A DNA stretch of 64,000 bases, from positions 372,001 to 436,000 of the forward strand of contig NW_026782039.1 in assembly GCF_031769215.1 (NCBI RefSeq), written 5' to 3'. The stretch comes from Ylistrum balloti. Its lineage: Eukaryota. Position 1 is the stretch's first letter. The number at the start of each line of letters is the position of its first letter. The position numbers and the translations under genes are program-made. The notes beneath the pieces were generated by a model, which saw only the letters and a program-made list of their open reading frames with translations, had not been told where the DNA came from and made no database searches. Shown in pieces: positions 1 through 12,244 of the stretch.

Positions 1-248
1 GCCTGTTGCTGAGGCCTTTCCTTATAAGGCACCATTTGACCTGTCAGCATGATAACACTAGGCCATTCGTTTCTAGTGTTTGTAGAGACTTTCTTGAAAA
101 CCAGAACACAGTCCCTAGTGATTAGCCTCCATATAGCCCCTGTGGAATGAATTACCTTGCTCTACGGGCAATCAATGTCCTTATGACCTCCATATTACGC
201 AGAAATATAGACGCTAAAGCTGTTCGGGGAGAGCACACACGATATTAG
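1..248 (+). mobile_element. Tc1-family transposase 3' remnant (decayed)
   Basis: Manual translation gives QHDNTRPFVSSVCRDFLENQNTVPSD*PPYSP and ends G-E-H-T-R-Y-stop. This matches the Tc1 QQDNARPH...WPPYSPDL...GGHTRY C-terminal pattern, with a stop and a deletion. Confidence 0.8.
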
Positions 249-344
249 GGATCGGTTTCCGGTAATTTCAACGTTATGTACATTAGATAACCTAGATTCT
301 AGACGGCCCATTGACGTCCTGGCTCGGTAAAAAACTCAGAAAAT

Positions 345-912
345 TATAAAACTATTCCGACAGTCCCAGGTATCTTATGTTGAGTACAAAATCTTAAATT
401 ATATTTTGTATTCTTATAAAACTATTCCACAGTCCCAGGTATCTTATGTTGAGTACAAAATGTTAAATTATATTTATTTTGTATTATCATAAAACCATTC
501 CACAGTCCCAGGTATCTTATGTTGAGTACAAAATGTTAAATTATATATATTTTGTATTATCATAAAACCATTCCACAGTCCCAGGTATCTTATGTTGAGT
601 ACAAAATGTTAAATTATATATATTTTGTATTATCATAAAACCATTCCACAGTCCCAGGTATCTTATGTTGAGTACAAAATGTTAAATTATATATATTTTG
701 TATTATCATAAAACCATTCCACAGTCCCAGGTATCTTATGTTGAGTACAAAATGTTAAATTATATATATTTTGTATTATCATAAAACCATTCCACAGTCC
801 CAGGTATCTTATGTTGAGTACAAAATGTTAAATTATATATATTTTGTATTATCATAAAACCATTCCACAGTCCCAGGTATCTTATGTTGAGTACAAAATG
901 TTAAATTATATC
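345..912. repeat. Tandem array, 73-bp unit, about 7-8 copies
   Basis: Unit CCATTCCACAGTCCCAGGTATCTTATGTTGAGTACAAAATGTTAAATTATATATATTTTGTATTATCATAAAA recurs at 73-bp spacing (495, 568...). Confidence 0.95.
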
Positions 913-1779
913 TTATATTTTTATAAAATTATTTCAAACATTCCTGGATGATTGTACATGTACAGTGTTAACATTCATGTTGTTTAGAAATTATTGAAAT
1001 ATAAACAATATTATATAATCTTGCAAGACTTAATGTTTGTTTGTTTATAATATAAATAACAGATTCTTCTTTTAAAAAAATATGCAATATCTATTTTATC
1101 GGATTAGCAATAATAAACAAACGTTATCGGAAATAGTACACCGACCTGTCTGTGTGTTATTATAGCCTGTGCTTGGAGCTGTATCCGTGATAGGCTTCGT
1201 TCTAGGAATCTGACGCTGTTGTGTCATATACATACAACAAAGTTATATATAAGTAGTCGAGTGTTTTACACTGAAATGAAATTTTAAGTTCAGATATTGT
1301 ATATGCATAAACATTTATAATCAAAAACAAGATTACAGATAACAATGAAGTGACAATGTTTTGAAGAAAAGACTATTATATTACGAAAAGATTTGTTATC
1401 TTAGTGTACAATATATAAGTATCTGTTATGTTGTTCAGCACACAATATATAAGTATGATGTCGTATCTGTTGTGTTGTCTGTGTACATTCCTATGTCCGG
1501 TGTAAACAATATCAAATAAACCTATTTTTCTATGATCGTCTTCTGGTGTTTATTGTTTGTGATTTAACGTTTTTCTAACGGCTTATGATGAATTGAATAG
1601 TTCAAACTTTTCAGATTATGCTTACATATTTTAGAACATATATTAAAATTAAAACGTAAATGCAACTTTGAATAAAGTGGCTTTCCAAATCAATCGTTGT
1701 TCCCTTTAATATCCAATGTGTTGGGCATGTATAACGCGCGGAAATTTATTTTTGTGTTGTAAGTTATTCTAATTTTCTT

Positions 1780-2110
1780 GCAATAGTCGTCAACTGACGG
1801 AAAAACCCGTTGAACAGGGTTTCAAAAGATGCAGGCCGATGAAGCTGGACGTAATGGATGCTCGTTAGTTTGCCTGTAGAATCCGTTTTTGTGTACCTTG
1901 TTCTCAATTGAGAACTTTACACTATTTACTTGGATTGAGCAAGGTTTACATTACGGGTGTCGTCAATGAAGCATAAGACGTTTGATCTTTCGGAACACCT
2001 GGTCTTTTTCTCCTTGTACTTTTTCATGGTTCTCCATGTAAATTTTTTTTTTTTAATTTTTTTATCCTAGTTAAATGGAATTTGAGTTTGGGTTATGGTT
2101 ATGTTGACAT
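1780..2110 (+). mobile_element. Penelope-like element 3' remnant (RT C-terminus plus 3' region)
   Basis: ACAGGGTTTCAAAAGATGCAGG is shared with 50895-50915. GATGCTCGTTAGTTTGCCTGT...GGGTGTCGTCAATGAAGCA...TTGAGTTTGG is shared with 36040-36330 and, inverted, with 2330-2500 and 62770-62950. Confidence 0.6.
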
Positions 2111-2329
2111 GTTCCCTTTTTCAAAACCGAGAAGAAATACACTGATGATAACCTCTGTGAAAATGATCGAATTTCTAACTGCAATATCTTCGCTGAGTTT
2201 GGTTATAAAGTCTCTCAAAAGACTAATGGCATCCCCAAAAGAACAATCCGTGTCCCACTTTTGGTTCGCTGTTTTTGTTTCATATAAGGCTAAAATCATT
2301 GTAAGCATATCGTAAAAGGTCACAAAGAC

Positions 2330-3060
2330 CTTGCCTCCAGTTTCATTGAAAGTTTACACCGCCATGTAAACTTTGGTCAACTCCAGTAAGCAAAGTCACT
2401 TTCTCAAATATGAACAAGGTTTACAACTAATAGGCAAACTAACGAGCATCAAACACGTCCAGTTTCACATCGCAAAAAGAAATAAAATATTTCTCAATGA
2501 GATCACTATGGCGACCGTAAAAGTGGGAACAAGCCCTGGAATATCGAATAAACTGCGACATGTAAACAACATAAGTTGGGATTGTTGCTATCCAGAAATG
2601 GAAAAATTAACAATAGAAAATTGAGAGCTTATCACGGAGCTTGGAGAAAAGCTGTCCATGTGGGTTCGTTCAAGAGAAAGATCTATATTATAGGTAGCGG
2701 CAGGTGCTGAAGAGTGGTAGATATATAAAATTAAACATCTTGCTAGACCACACTCATAAGGAGAGGTAGAGCAAGAACACGCAGCAGGAGAGTGGAAAGT
2801 AGTAAAACGTTCGAACAGGATGGAAAACGTTTGGTTTCTGTTAAGTCTCCATAAGGTGTTCAATCTTGACAGTATCAGGCAGATTTAATGTAGCTCCACT
2901 GACCTTGGTAGCAATAGCATATCCTTTGATACATCGAAGAAGCTATTACAAGTATGAAAGTGAATCTGAAACTAAACAAATTCCAATCTTAATGGTCATT
3001 GCGATCATATGGCGCGGTTCACTGCAGTATGATGACCATCCATTGATTTACATAATTGTC
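2330..3060 (-). mobile_element. Penelope-like (Neptune-type) RT C-terminal remnant, decayed
   Basis: Minus-strand fragments read FSIVNFPFLDSN, VYMSQFIRYSRACS and FYGRHSDLIEKY..DVKLDVFDAR*. These correspond to the KRDDFNFPIVNFPFL / YGVYISQLIRYSRAC / KFYGRHHDL motifs of Neptune-type PLE RTs. Confidence 0.75.
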
Positions 3061-3169
3061 CTTTACTTTACGGCAGTAGAGTAAATAAAATACTTTTTTC
3101 TAAAGAAACAAATGTATCGGTGCTTTCTATAACTAAAATCCGACTTCAATTTAATGCATCCAAAGCAAC

Positions 3170-5217
3170 AGAAGGACGAGAAATTCAAAAGGTCGAGACA
3201 GTCGAAAGGAGGACTAGAGAGTTAAAAAGTCGAGACAGTCGAAATGAGGACTAGAGAGTGAAAAGATTGAGACAGTCGAAAGAAGGACTAGAGAGTGAAA
3301 AGATTGAGACAGTCGAAAGGAGGACTAGAGAGTGAAAAGATTGAGACAGTCGGATGGAGGACTAGAGAGTTAAAAGGTCGAGACAGTCGAAAGGAGGACT
3401 AGAGAGTGAAAAGATTGAGACAGTCGGAAGGAGGACTAGAGAGTTAAAAGGTCGAGACAGTCGAAAGAAGGACTAGAGAGTGAAAAGGTTTAGACAGTCG
3501 AAAGGAGGACTAGAGAGTGAAAAGGTTGAGGCAATCCAAAGGAGGCCTAAAGTGTGACATGATCGAGACAGTCAAACGGAGGACTAGAAAGTGAAAAGAT
3601 CGATACAGTCAAAAAAGGACTAGAGAGTGAAAAGATCGAATCATTCGAAAGGAGGCCGAGAGAGTGAAAAGATCGAGACAGTCAAAAGGATTCACAGAGA
3701 GTGAAAAGATCGAAACAGTCGAAAGGATTCACAGAGGGTGAAAAGATTGAGACAGTCGAAAGGAGGTCTGGAGTGAAAATGTCAAGAGTCAAAAGGAGGC
3801 AGAGAGAGTAAAAAGGTTGAAACAATCGAGGGCCGAGACAGTGAAAAGGTCATGGCAGGAAAAAGGAGACCGAGAGAGTGGAAAAGGTCGAGACAGTCAA
3901 AAGGAGGCAGAGAGAGTGAAAAGGTCGAGTCTGTCAAAAGGAGGAAGAGAGAGTAGAAAAGGCCGAGACAGTCGAAGGGAGGAAGAGAGAGTAAAAAGGT
4001 CGAGTCTGTCAAAAGGAGGCAGAGAGAGTGAAAAGGTCGAGTCTGTCAAAAGGAGGCAGAGAGAGTGAAAAGGTCGAGTCTGTCAAAAGGAGGCAGAGAG
4101 AGTGAAAAGGTCGAGTCTGTCAAAAGGAGGAAGAGAGAGTAAAAAAGGCCGAGACAGTCGAAGGGAGGCAGAGAGAGTAAAAAGGTCGAGTCTGTCAAAA
4201 GGAGGCAGAGAGAGTGAAAAGGTCGAGTCTGTCAAAAGGAGGCAGAGAGAGTGAAAAGGTCGAGTCTGTCAAAAGGAGGAAGAGAGAGTAAAAAAGGCCG
4301 AGACAGTTGAAGGGAGGAAGAGAGAGTAAAAAGGTCGAGTCTGTCAAAAGGAGGAAGAGAGAGTGAAAAGGTCGAGTCTGTCAAAAGGAGGAAGAGAGAG
4401 TAAAAAGAGTCTGTCAAAAGGAGGCAGAGAGAGTGAAAAGGAGGTCTGTCAAAAGGAGAAGAGAGAGTGAGGAAGAGAGAGTGAAAAGGTCGAGTCTGTC
4501 AAAAGGAGGCAGAGAGAGAGAGTCAAAAGGAGGCAGAGAGAGACAGTCAAAAAGGGAGGCAGAGAGAGTAAAAAGGTCGAGTCTGTCAAAAGGAGGCAGA
4601 GAGAGTGAAAAGGTCGAGTCTGTCAAAAGGAGGAAGAGAGAGTAAAAAAGGCCGAGTGAGAGTGAAAAGTGAAAAGGTCGAGTCTGTCAAAAGGAGGCAG
4701 AGAGAGAGAGTAAAAAAGGCAGAGAGAGACAGTCGAGACAGGAGAGAGAGGCAGAAGAGAGAGTGAAAAGGTTGAGTCTGTCAAAAGGAGGCAGAGAGAG
4801 TGAAAAGGTCGAGTCTGTCAAAAGGAGGCAGAGAGAGTAAAAAGGTCGAGTCTGTCAAAAGGAGGCAGAGAGAGTAAAAAGGTCGAGTCTGTCAAAAGGA
4901 GGAAGAGAGAGTAAAAAAGGCCGAGACAGTCGAAGGGAGGCAGAGAGAGTGAAAAGGTCGAGTCTGTCAAAAGGAGGCAGAGAGAGTAAAAAGGTCGAGT
5001 CTGTCAAAAGGAGGCAGAGAGAGTAAAAAGGTCGAGTCTGTCAAAAGGAGGAAGAGAGAGTAAAAAAGGTCGAGTCTGTCAAAAGGAGGAAGAGAGAGTA
5101 AAAAAGGTCGAGTCTGTCAAAAGGAGGAAGAGAGAGTAAAAAAGGTCGAGTCTGTCAAAAGGAGGCAGAGAGAGTAAAAAGGTCGAGTCTGTCAAAAGGA
5201 GGCAGAGAGAGTGAAAA
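3170..5217. repeat. Purine-rich tandem array, about 37-bp unit, >50 copies
   Basis: Unit GAGAGAGTGAAAAGGTCGAGTCTGTCAAAAGGAGGCA. Diverged variants lie at the left end and homogeneous copies at the right. Confidence 0.95.
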
Positions 5218-7099
5218 TGCAAAATATTGATACTTTTTTCACGAATGCTTGAAATTAAGTTTTACCCGATATTTTTTACAAAAACTAATTTATGTTCTAG
5301 TTCTAATGTCACTAAATAGGAAAGAAACAAAAGCACTTCAAACACTTAATCAAAAAATTTAATATTCAATATTCAAACGAATATAACAATGTCAAAGATT
5401 AAAAAACAAAAGTTACTTTCATACATCTATACACTGTCTAATACGAGTATCTTAAATTAAATCAACATTCTATGACTCTTCTATATCACATAACTTTGAA
5501 GATTGTTATATAAGAACTTTAATTGTTGTAGACGAAAAAAATTGTAAAAATATAGCTATATACTTGTTACTATTTATCTAATAGGGAAAATGTGTGAAAG
5601 AATAAAGAATATTTTGACAACTTCATAAAGATCCTCCTTTCTATGACAGAGAATCAATTACGTTATTTTTAACAAAGGAAAATCGTTAATGATTGTCAAA
5701 AAAATAAAGATATTAAAACAGTATATGTAATATTGTTCATGCACTGAAACTGCTTAAATCCATGTTTAACGGGGAATGCATGAAAACATTTTCCTATTAA
5801 CACTTATTGACAACAATGTTTTTGCTTTGTTGTGTTTTGTTTTAAAGAAAAATTCAAAATGAGCATGTTGTAATTAAGATACAACATTTATTAACGTTTC
5901 GATGGAAAAAACATTTACTTAAAGAGGTTCTGGATTTTACTTGCAATTCACAACTTATTCATCATATTCTATCAAAATATACCCTATGAAGCTTGCAAAT
6001 CCCTGGAAGGTTTTTGTGATTCCTTCACAGCAGCCTCTTGTGTGTCAGTGAAGTGATCACAAGGAAAAAGTGGCGAATTTACGAATTTCTGTAAGTTGAT
6101 ACAGAAAGCCAGAATTTACTACATTCATTTAGAGTTCATTAACAGATTTAGACATTAAAACAATGAAAAACCTTAATAATCTGAAATAGATAAGGAGATA
6201 CAAATGTTAAGCTAGGTTTACAATTATTTTAGAACTCCTTAAAATATTTTGATGCAAAATGATGTCATGACCATATAGTTGTTTAACATGGGTAACTGAA
6301 ATATCTATGTTGTCAATGAACGTAATGTAGAGACAGGCTTTTATAATTAATACATTCATAAGTCTTTTCCATTTATAAAATATACAAAGGTATACCTTAA
6401 TGAGACAATGTACTAATCTGTTCCAATACATGACTTGCCTTTCTGTATTGCAATAGTGTGTGGTCTTGAAATATATTTTTTTAAAATGACAAAATTTCTA
6501 AACTACTGCATTGGCTTTTCCTACTGTGTAACACTTAATTTTGCTTAGATAATTATATGCATTAATGGCATTTTCTTAATTCTCAAAAAAAGTATCTCGT
6601 CAAAAGTGATGAAGATGAAAACAATTAAGAGCCATCCATAGTTTGCCTAGGGTGTAAGCCCTATCTCATATGCTAATGCCTTCTGTACATTTACTTATAT
6701 CCTTACCCTAAAAAGCTACCAAATGAACATCTTTAATCTTTAAATATTTGAAATATTCATATTTACTGATCACATCTATTACCTGTACATTGCTCCAACA
6801 TACCCATTCTATCATTTTTCTTGAAGAAACTGATCCATTATTTGTGTTATCAATCACAACACCTCAGCAAAGATCTACACAATGTTACTTAACACATTTC
6901 AGTATCACTTTCCTAATAAGACTCATAAGACTTTGAATAATTATCTTGTGATAATCCCTATCAGCAATTCCTTGTTGAATGACAAAAAAAATAAATCAAA
7001 ATATGGTAAATCAATATATAGGAAAGTTCCCATCCAATGGTGCATCTGATTTAAATCATATTAAAGTAAATCTACATCTGATTGTAGCCCCTCATCTGA

Positions 7100-9205
7100 A
7101 GTCTGAAGTACTCACCAGTGAGTGTGTGGCCATGTCTGTAATACTCACCAGTGAGTGTGTGGCTATGTCTGAAGTACTCAACAGTGAGTGTGTGGCCATG
7201 TCTGAAGTACTCACCAGTGAGTGTGTGGCCATGTCTGTAATACTCACCAGTGAGTGTGTGGCCATGTCTGTAATACTCACCAGTGAGTGTGTGGCCATGT
7301 CTGTAATACTCACCAGTGAGTGTGTGGCCATGTCTGTAATACTCACCAGTGAGTGTGTGGCCATGTCTGTAATACTCACCAGTGAGTGTGTGGCCATGTC
7401 TGAAGTACTCACCAGTGAGTGTGTGGCCATGTCTGTAATACTCACCAGTGAGTGTGTGGCCATGTCTGAAGTACTCACCAGTGAGTGTGTGGCCATGTCT
7501 GTAATACTCACCAGTGAGTGTGTGGCCATGTCTGTAATACTCACCAGTGAGTGTGTGGCCATGTCTGTAATACTCACCAGTGAGTGTGTGGCCATGTCTG
7601 AAGTACTCACCAGTGAGTGTGTGGCCATGTCTGAAGTACTCACCAGTGAGTGTGTGGCCATGTCTGTATTACTCACCAGTGAGTGTGTGGCCATGTCTGA
7701 AGTACTCACCAGTGAGTGTGTGGCCATGTCTGTAATACTCACCAGTGAGTGTGTGGCCATGTCTGAAGTACTCACCAGTGAGTGTGTGGCCATGTCTGTA
7801 ATACTCACCAGTGAGTGTGTGGCCATGTCTGAAGTACTCACCAGTGAGTGTGTGGCCATGTCTGTAATACTCACCAGTGAGTGTGTGGCCATGTCTGAAG
7901 TACTCACCAGTGAGTGTGTGGCCATGTCTGTAATACTCACCAGTGAGTGTGTGGCCATGTCTGAAGTACTCACCAGTGAGTGTGTGGCCATGTCTGTAAT
8001 ACTCACCAGTGAGTGTGTGGCCATGTCTGAAGTACTCACCAGTGAGTGTGTGGCCATGTCTGTAATACTCACCAGTGAGTGTGTGGCCATGTCTGAAGTA
8101 CTCACCAGTGAGTGTGTGGCCATGTCTGTAATACTCACCAGTGAGTGTGTGGCCATGTCTGAAGTACTCACCAGTGAGTGTGTGGCCATGTCTGTAATAC
8201 TCACCAGTGAGTGTGTGGCCATGTCTGTAATACTCACCAGTGAGTGTGTGGCCATGTCTGAAGTACTCACCAGTGAGTGTGTGGCCATGTCTGTAATACT
8301 CACCAGTGAGTGTGTGGCCATGTCTGTAATACTCACCAGTGAGTGTGTGGCCATGTCTGAAGTACTCACCAGTGAGTGTGTGGCCATGTCTGAAGTACTC
8401 ACCAGTGAGTGTGTGGCCATGTCTGTAATACTCACCAGTGAGTGTGTGGCCATGTCTGAAGTACTCACCAGTGAGTGTGTGGCCATGTCTGAATTACTCA
8501 CCAGTGAGTGTGTGGCCATGTCTGAAGTACTCACCAGTGAGTGTGTGGCCATGTCTGTAATACTCACCAGTGAGTGTGTGGCCATGTCTGTAATACTCAC
8601 CAGTGAGTGTGTGGCCATGTCTGAAGTACTCACCAGTGAGTGTGTGGCCATGTCTGTAATACTCACCAGTGAGTGTGTGGCCATGTCTGAAGTACTCACC
8701 AGTGAGTGTGTGGCCATGTCTGAAGTACTCACCAGTGAGTGTGTGGCCATGTCTGAAGTACTCACCAGTGAGTGTGTGGCCATGTCTGTAATACTCACCA
8801 GTGAGTGTGTGGCCATGTCTGTAATACTCACCAGTGAGTGTGTGGCCATGTCTGTAATACTCACCAGTGAGTGTGTGGCCATGTCTGTAATACTCACCAG
8901 TGAGTGTGTGGCCATGTCTGTAGTACTCACCAGTGAGTGTGTGGCCATGTCTGTAGTACTCACCAGTGAGTGTGTGGCCATGTCTGAAGTACTCACCAGT
9001 GAGTGTGTGGCCATGTCTGAAGTACTCACCAGTGAGTGTGTGGCCATGTCTGAAGTACTCACCAGTGAGTGTGTGGCCATGTCTGAAGTACTCACCAGTG
9101 AGTGTGTGGCCATGTCTGTAATACTCACCAGTGAGTGTGTGGCCATGTCTGTAATACTCACCAGTGAGTGTGTGGCCATGTCTGAAGTACTCACTGGCCA
9201 TGTCT
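7100..9205. repeat. Tandem array, 33-bp unit, about 63 copies, two major variants
   Basis: Unit TCTG(AAG/TAA)TACTCACCAGTGAGTGTGTGGCCATG. It explains the 742-, 718- and 267-aa ORFs in the track. Confidence 0.97.
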
Positions 9206-9499
9206 GAAAAAAAATGTCTGATATAACTAATATTCCACAAAAACACATTATAATTAATTTGGTCTATAAACAAGAAAAAAAATCTCAGTATTAACAATAT
9301 ATATATAACATAGCACTAATTATAACAAAAAGACAAACAACATCAGAAGTAGACACTTATCATCTATAAACACTGGTATAGAAATAAATAAAGGTAAAAC
9401 ATTTACATAACATTATATTTCTGTTCTGGCTTAACTATGTAACAGAACTCCAATGTATCGAATCTTTGTTACAGGTTTTAGTTGTAGGAATGCATATGA

Positions 9500-10095
9500 T
9501 GTTAAACAGGTAAATTGACAGATGTGATTGGGTAAACAGGCAAATTGATAGATGTTAAACAGGTAAATTGACAGATGTTACTGGGTAAACAGGTAAATTG
9601 ACAGATGTGACTAGGTAAACAGGTAAATTGATAGAGGTTTCTGGGTAAACAGGTAAATTGAGAGAGGTTGCTGGGTAAACAGGTAAACTGACATATGCTA
9701 CTGGGTAAACAGGTACATTGATATAGGTTACTGGGAAAACAGGTAAATTGATTGAGGTTACTGGGTAAACAGGTACATTGATAAAGGTTACCAAGAAACG
9801 GGTAAATTGACTGGTGTTACTGGGTTAACAGGTTAACTGATAGAGATTACTGGGTAAACAGGTAAATTGACAGATGCTAAACAGGTAAATTGATAAATGT
9901 GACTGGGTAAACAGATAAATTGATAGAGGTTACTGGGTAAACAGGTAAATTGACAGATGTTAAACAGGTAAATTGATACAGGAGACTGGGTAAACATGTA
10001 AAGTGACAGATGCTACTGGGTAAATAGGTTAATTGATAGAGGTTACACGGTAACCAGGTAAATCAACAGGTGTTACTGTGTAAACAGGTAAATCA
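9500..10095. repeat. Degenerate tandem array, about 30-bp unit
   Basis: Recurrent CTGGGTAAACAGGTAAATTGAYAGA(T/G)GTTA. Confidence 0.85.
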
Positions 10096-10197
10096 GTGGG
10101 ACTACAGTGGGGGCCACATAACTTAAACAATGACTATGAAAGTTGTCATTGCACCATGGCAAGCCATACAAGCTCATTGTATCTACCAACCAAATCA

Positions 10198-10719
10198 GTG
10201 CACCACACAATATGTGGCTGATCACAATGTATGACATCTCATGTGACTATGATTGCCGTTAGTGTACCACACAATATGTGGCTTGTCACAATGTATGACA
10301 TCTCATGTGACTATGATTGCCATTAGTGTACCACACAATATGTGGCTGATCACAATGTATGACATCTCATGTGACTATGATTGCCGTTAGTGTACCACAC
10401 AATATGTGGCTGATCACAATGTATGACATCTCATGTGACTATGATTGCCATTAGTGTACCACACAATATGTGGCTTATCACAATGTTTGACATCTCATGT
10501 GAGTATGATTGCTGTTAGTGTACCACAAAATATGTGGCTGATCACAATGTATGACATCTCATGTGAGTATGATTGCCGTTAGTGTACCACAAAATATATG
10601 GCTGATCACAATGTATGACATCTCATGTGACTATGATTGCCATAAGTGTACCACACAATATGTGGCTTTTCACAATGTATGACATCTCATGTGACTATGA
10701 TTGCCGTTAGTGTACCACA
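10198..10719. repeat. Tandem array, 64-bp unit, about 8 copies
   Basis: TACCACACAATATGTGGCTGATCACAATGTATGACATCTCATGTGACTATGATTGCCGTTAGTG at 64-bp spacing (10265, 10329...). Confidence 0.95.
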
Positions 10720-11309
10720 AGGAAAGTCATTCAATGTAATGTGTTATTTGTAAATATAATAATGATTCCTAACACATTAAAATTTTTCAGAAAATATACT
10801 GTTTCTAATTCTAGGAAATATATAAAAAAAGATAAACACTGTACATTTCAATTCAACAATCTTCTAAACACAAATTAAAAGAAATAAAACTAAATCCTTG
10901 AAATTGCTATATTGATTAGCAGCTCATAACAATGTTAATGCTCAATGTTAGGGGTAATTACAGAACAATGAGACAGCATCAGTTTGTAACTTTACTGAGA
11001 GCTGATTACCAGATATGAGCTTAACGACTGACAAATACAGCAGGTGTGTGTAGATCTTAATGTATTACTGAATTATAATAGTCTACCTATACCCCATCTA
11101 TCTTCATGACGTGTAGCTAAAGCAGTAAACTGAAAAAAATCCAGCTGATAAAATATCACTTGTGGAAGAACATCAGCTACAAATCTGTAATCAGGGCAAA
11201 TCTCTGATGTCAACTAACTATATAGTCAGTTTATTGTTTATTTACTTTTCTATGAAATCAATTATTTTGTATCATCATCTGCAGACATACTTAAATACCA
11301 CCACTGAAT

Positions 11310-11910
11310 CTGAAAATTGGTTAAGTCAAAGTTGCAAATCTGATAATTAGTTACGTCAAAGTTGCCAATATGATAATTGGTTAAGTCAAAGTTGCCAATC
11401 TGATAATTGGTTAAGTCAAAGTTGCCAATCTGATAATTAGTTACGTCAAAGTTGCCATTATGATAATTGGTTAAGTCAAAGTTGCCAATCTGATAGTTGG
11501 TTAAGTCAAAGTTGCCAATCTGATAATTAGTTACGTCAAAGTTGCCAATATGATAATTGGTTAAGTCAAAGTTGCCAATCTGATAATTGGTTAAGTCAAA
11601 GTTGCCAATCTGATAATTAGTTACGTCAAAGTTGCCAATCTGATAATTGGTTAAGTCAAAGTTGCCAATCTGATAATTAGTTACGTCAAAGTTGCCAATA
11701 TGATAATTGGTTAAGTCAAAGTTGCCAATCTGATAATTGGTTAAGTCAAAGTTGCCAATCTGATAATTGGTTAAGTCAAAGTTGCCAATCTGATAATTGG
11801 TTAAGTCAAAGTTGCCAATCTGATAATTGGTTAAGTCAAAGTTGCCAATCTGATAATTGGTTAAGTCAAAGTTGCCAATCTGATAATTGGTTAAGTCAAA
11901 GTCGCCCATC
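11310..11910. repeat. Tandem array, 30-bp unit, about 20 copies
   Basis: TGATAATTGGTTAAGTCAAAGTTGCCAATC. It explains the (GNFDLTNYQI)n ORF. Confidence 0.95.
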
Positions 11911-12244
11911 TGATATTATTTGGCAGTCTATAATCAGTATGATTTTTAGAAGTTGACTGATTTTGTCAAAGAAAAACCAATAAAAAAAGCATCACACTGT
12001 GACAACATTCCAAAAAACGAAAATGACTAGATTCCCCTGGAACTTATCACAAAACATATTCATGTCTTAGACAGGTCTGTGATGTACGAACGGTCGTTTG
12101 ACACATTTCTGATATATAAAACATGAAAATAAAGTCGAGATTGAATTTAAACTTGGGAAACATTCTCCATGTTCCGTAAAATTCAATACATCAAATAAAC
12201 AGCAAAAATGAATGTTGAGTGAATGTTAACGTGGCAACACTAAT

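Noticed and set aside
6979-9297. 742-, 718- and 267-aa ORFs
   Set aside because: They come from a 33-bp stop-free tandem unit (a multiple of 3) that is open in several frames on both strands. There is no splice or domain support.
11262-11909. (GNFDLTNYQI)n ORF resembling a beta-solenoid or pentapeptide-repeat protein
   Set aside because: It coincides exactly with a 30-bp DNA array with near-identical codons and has no splice or signal-peptide context.
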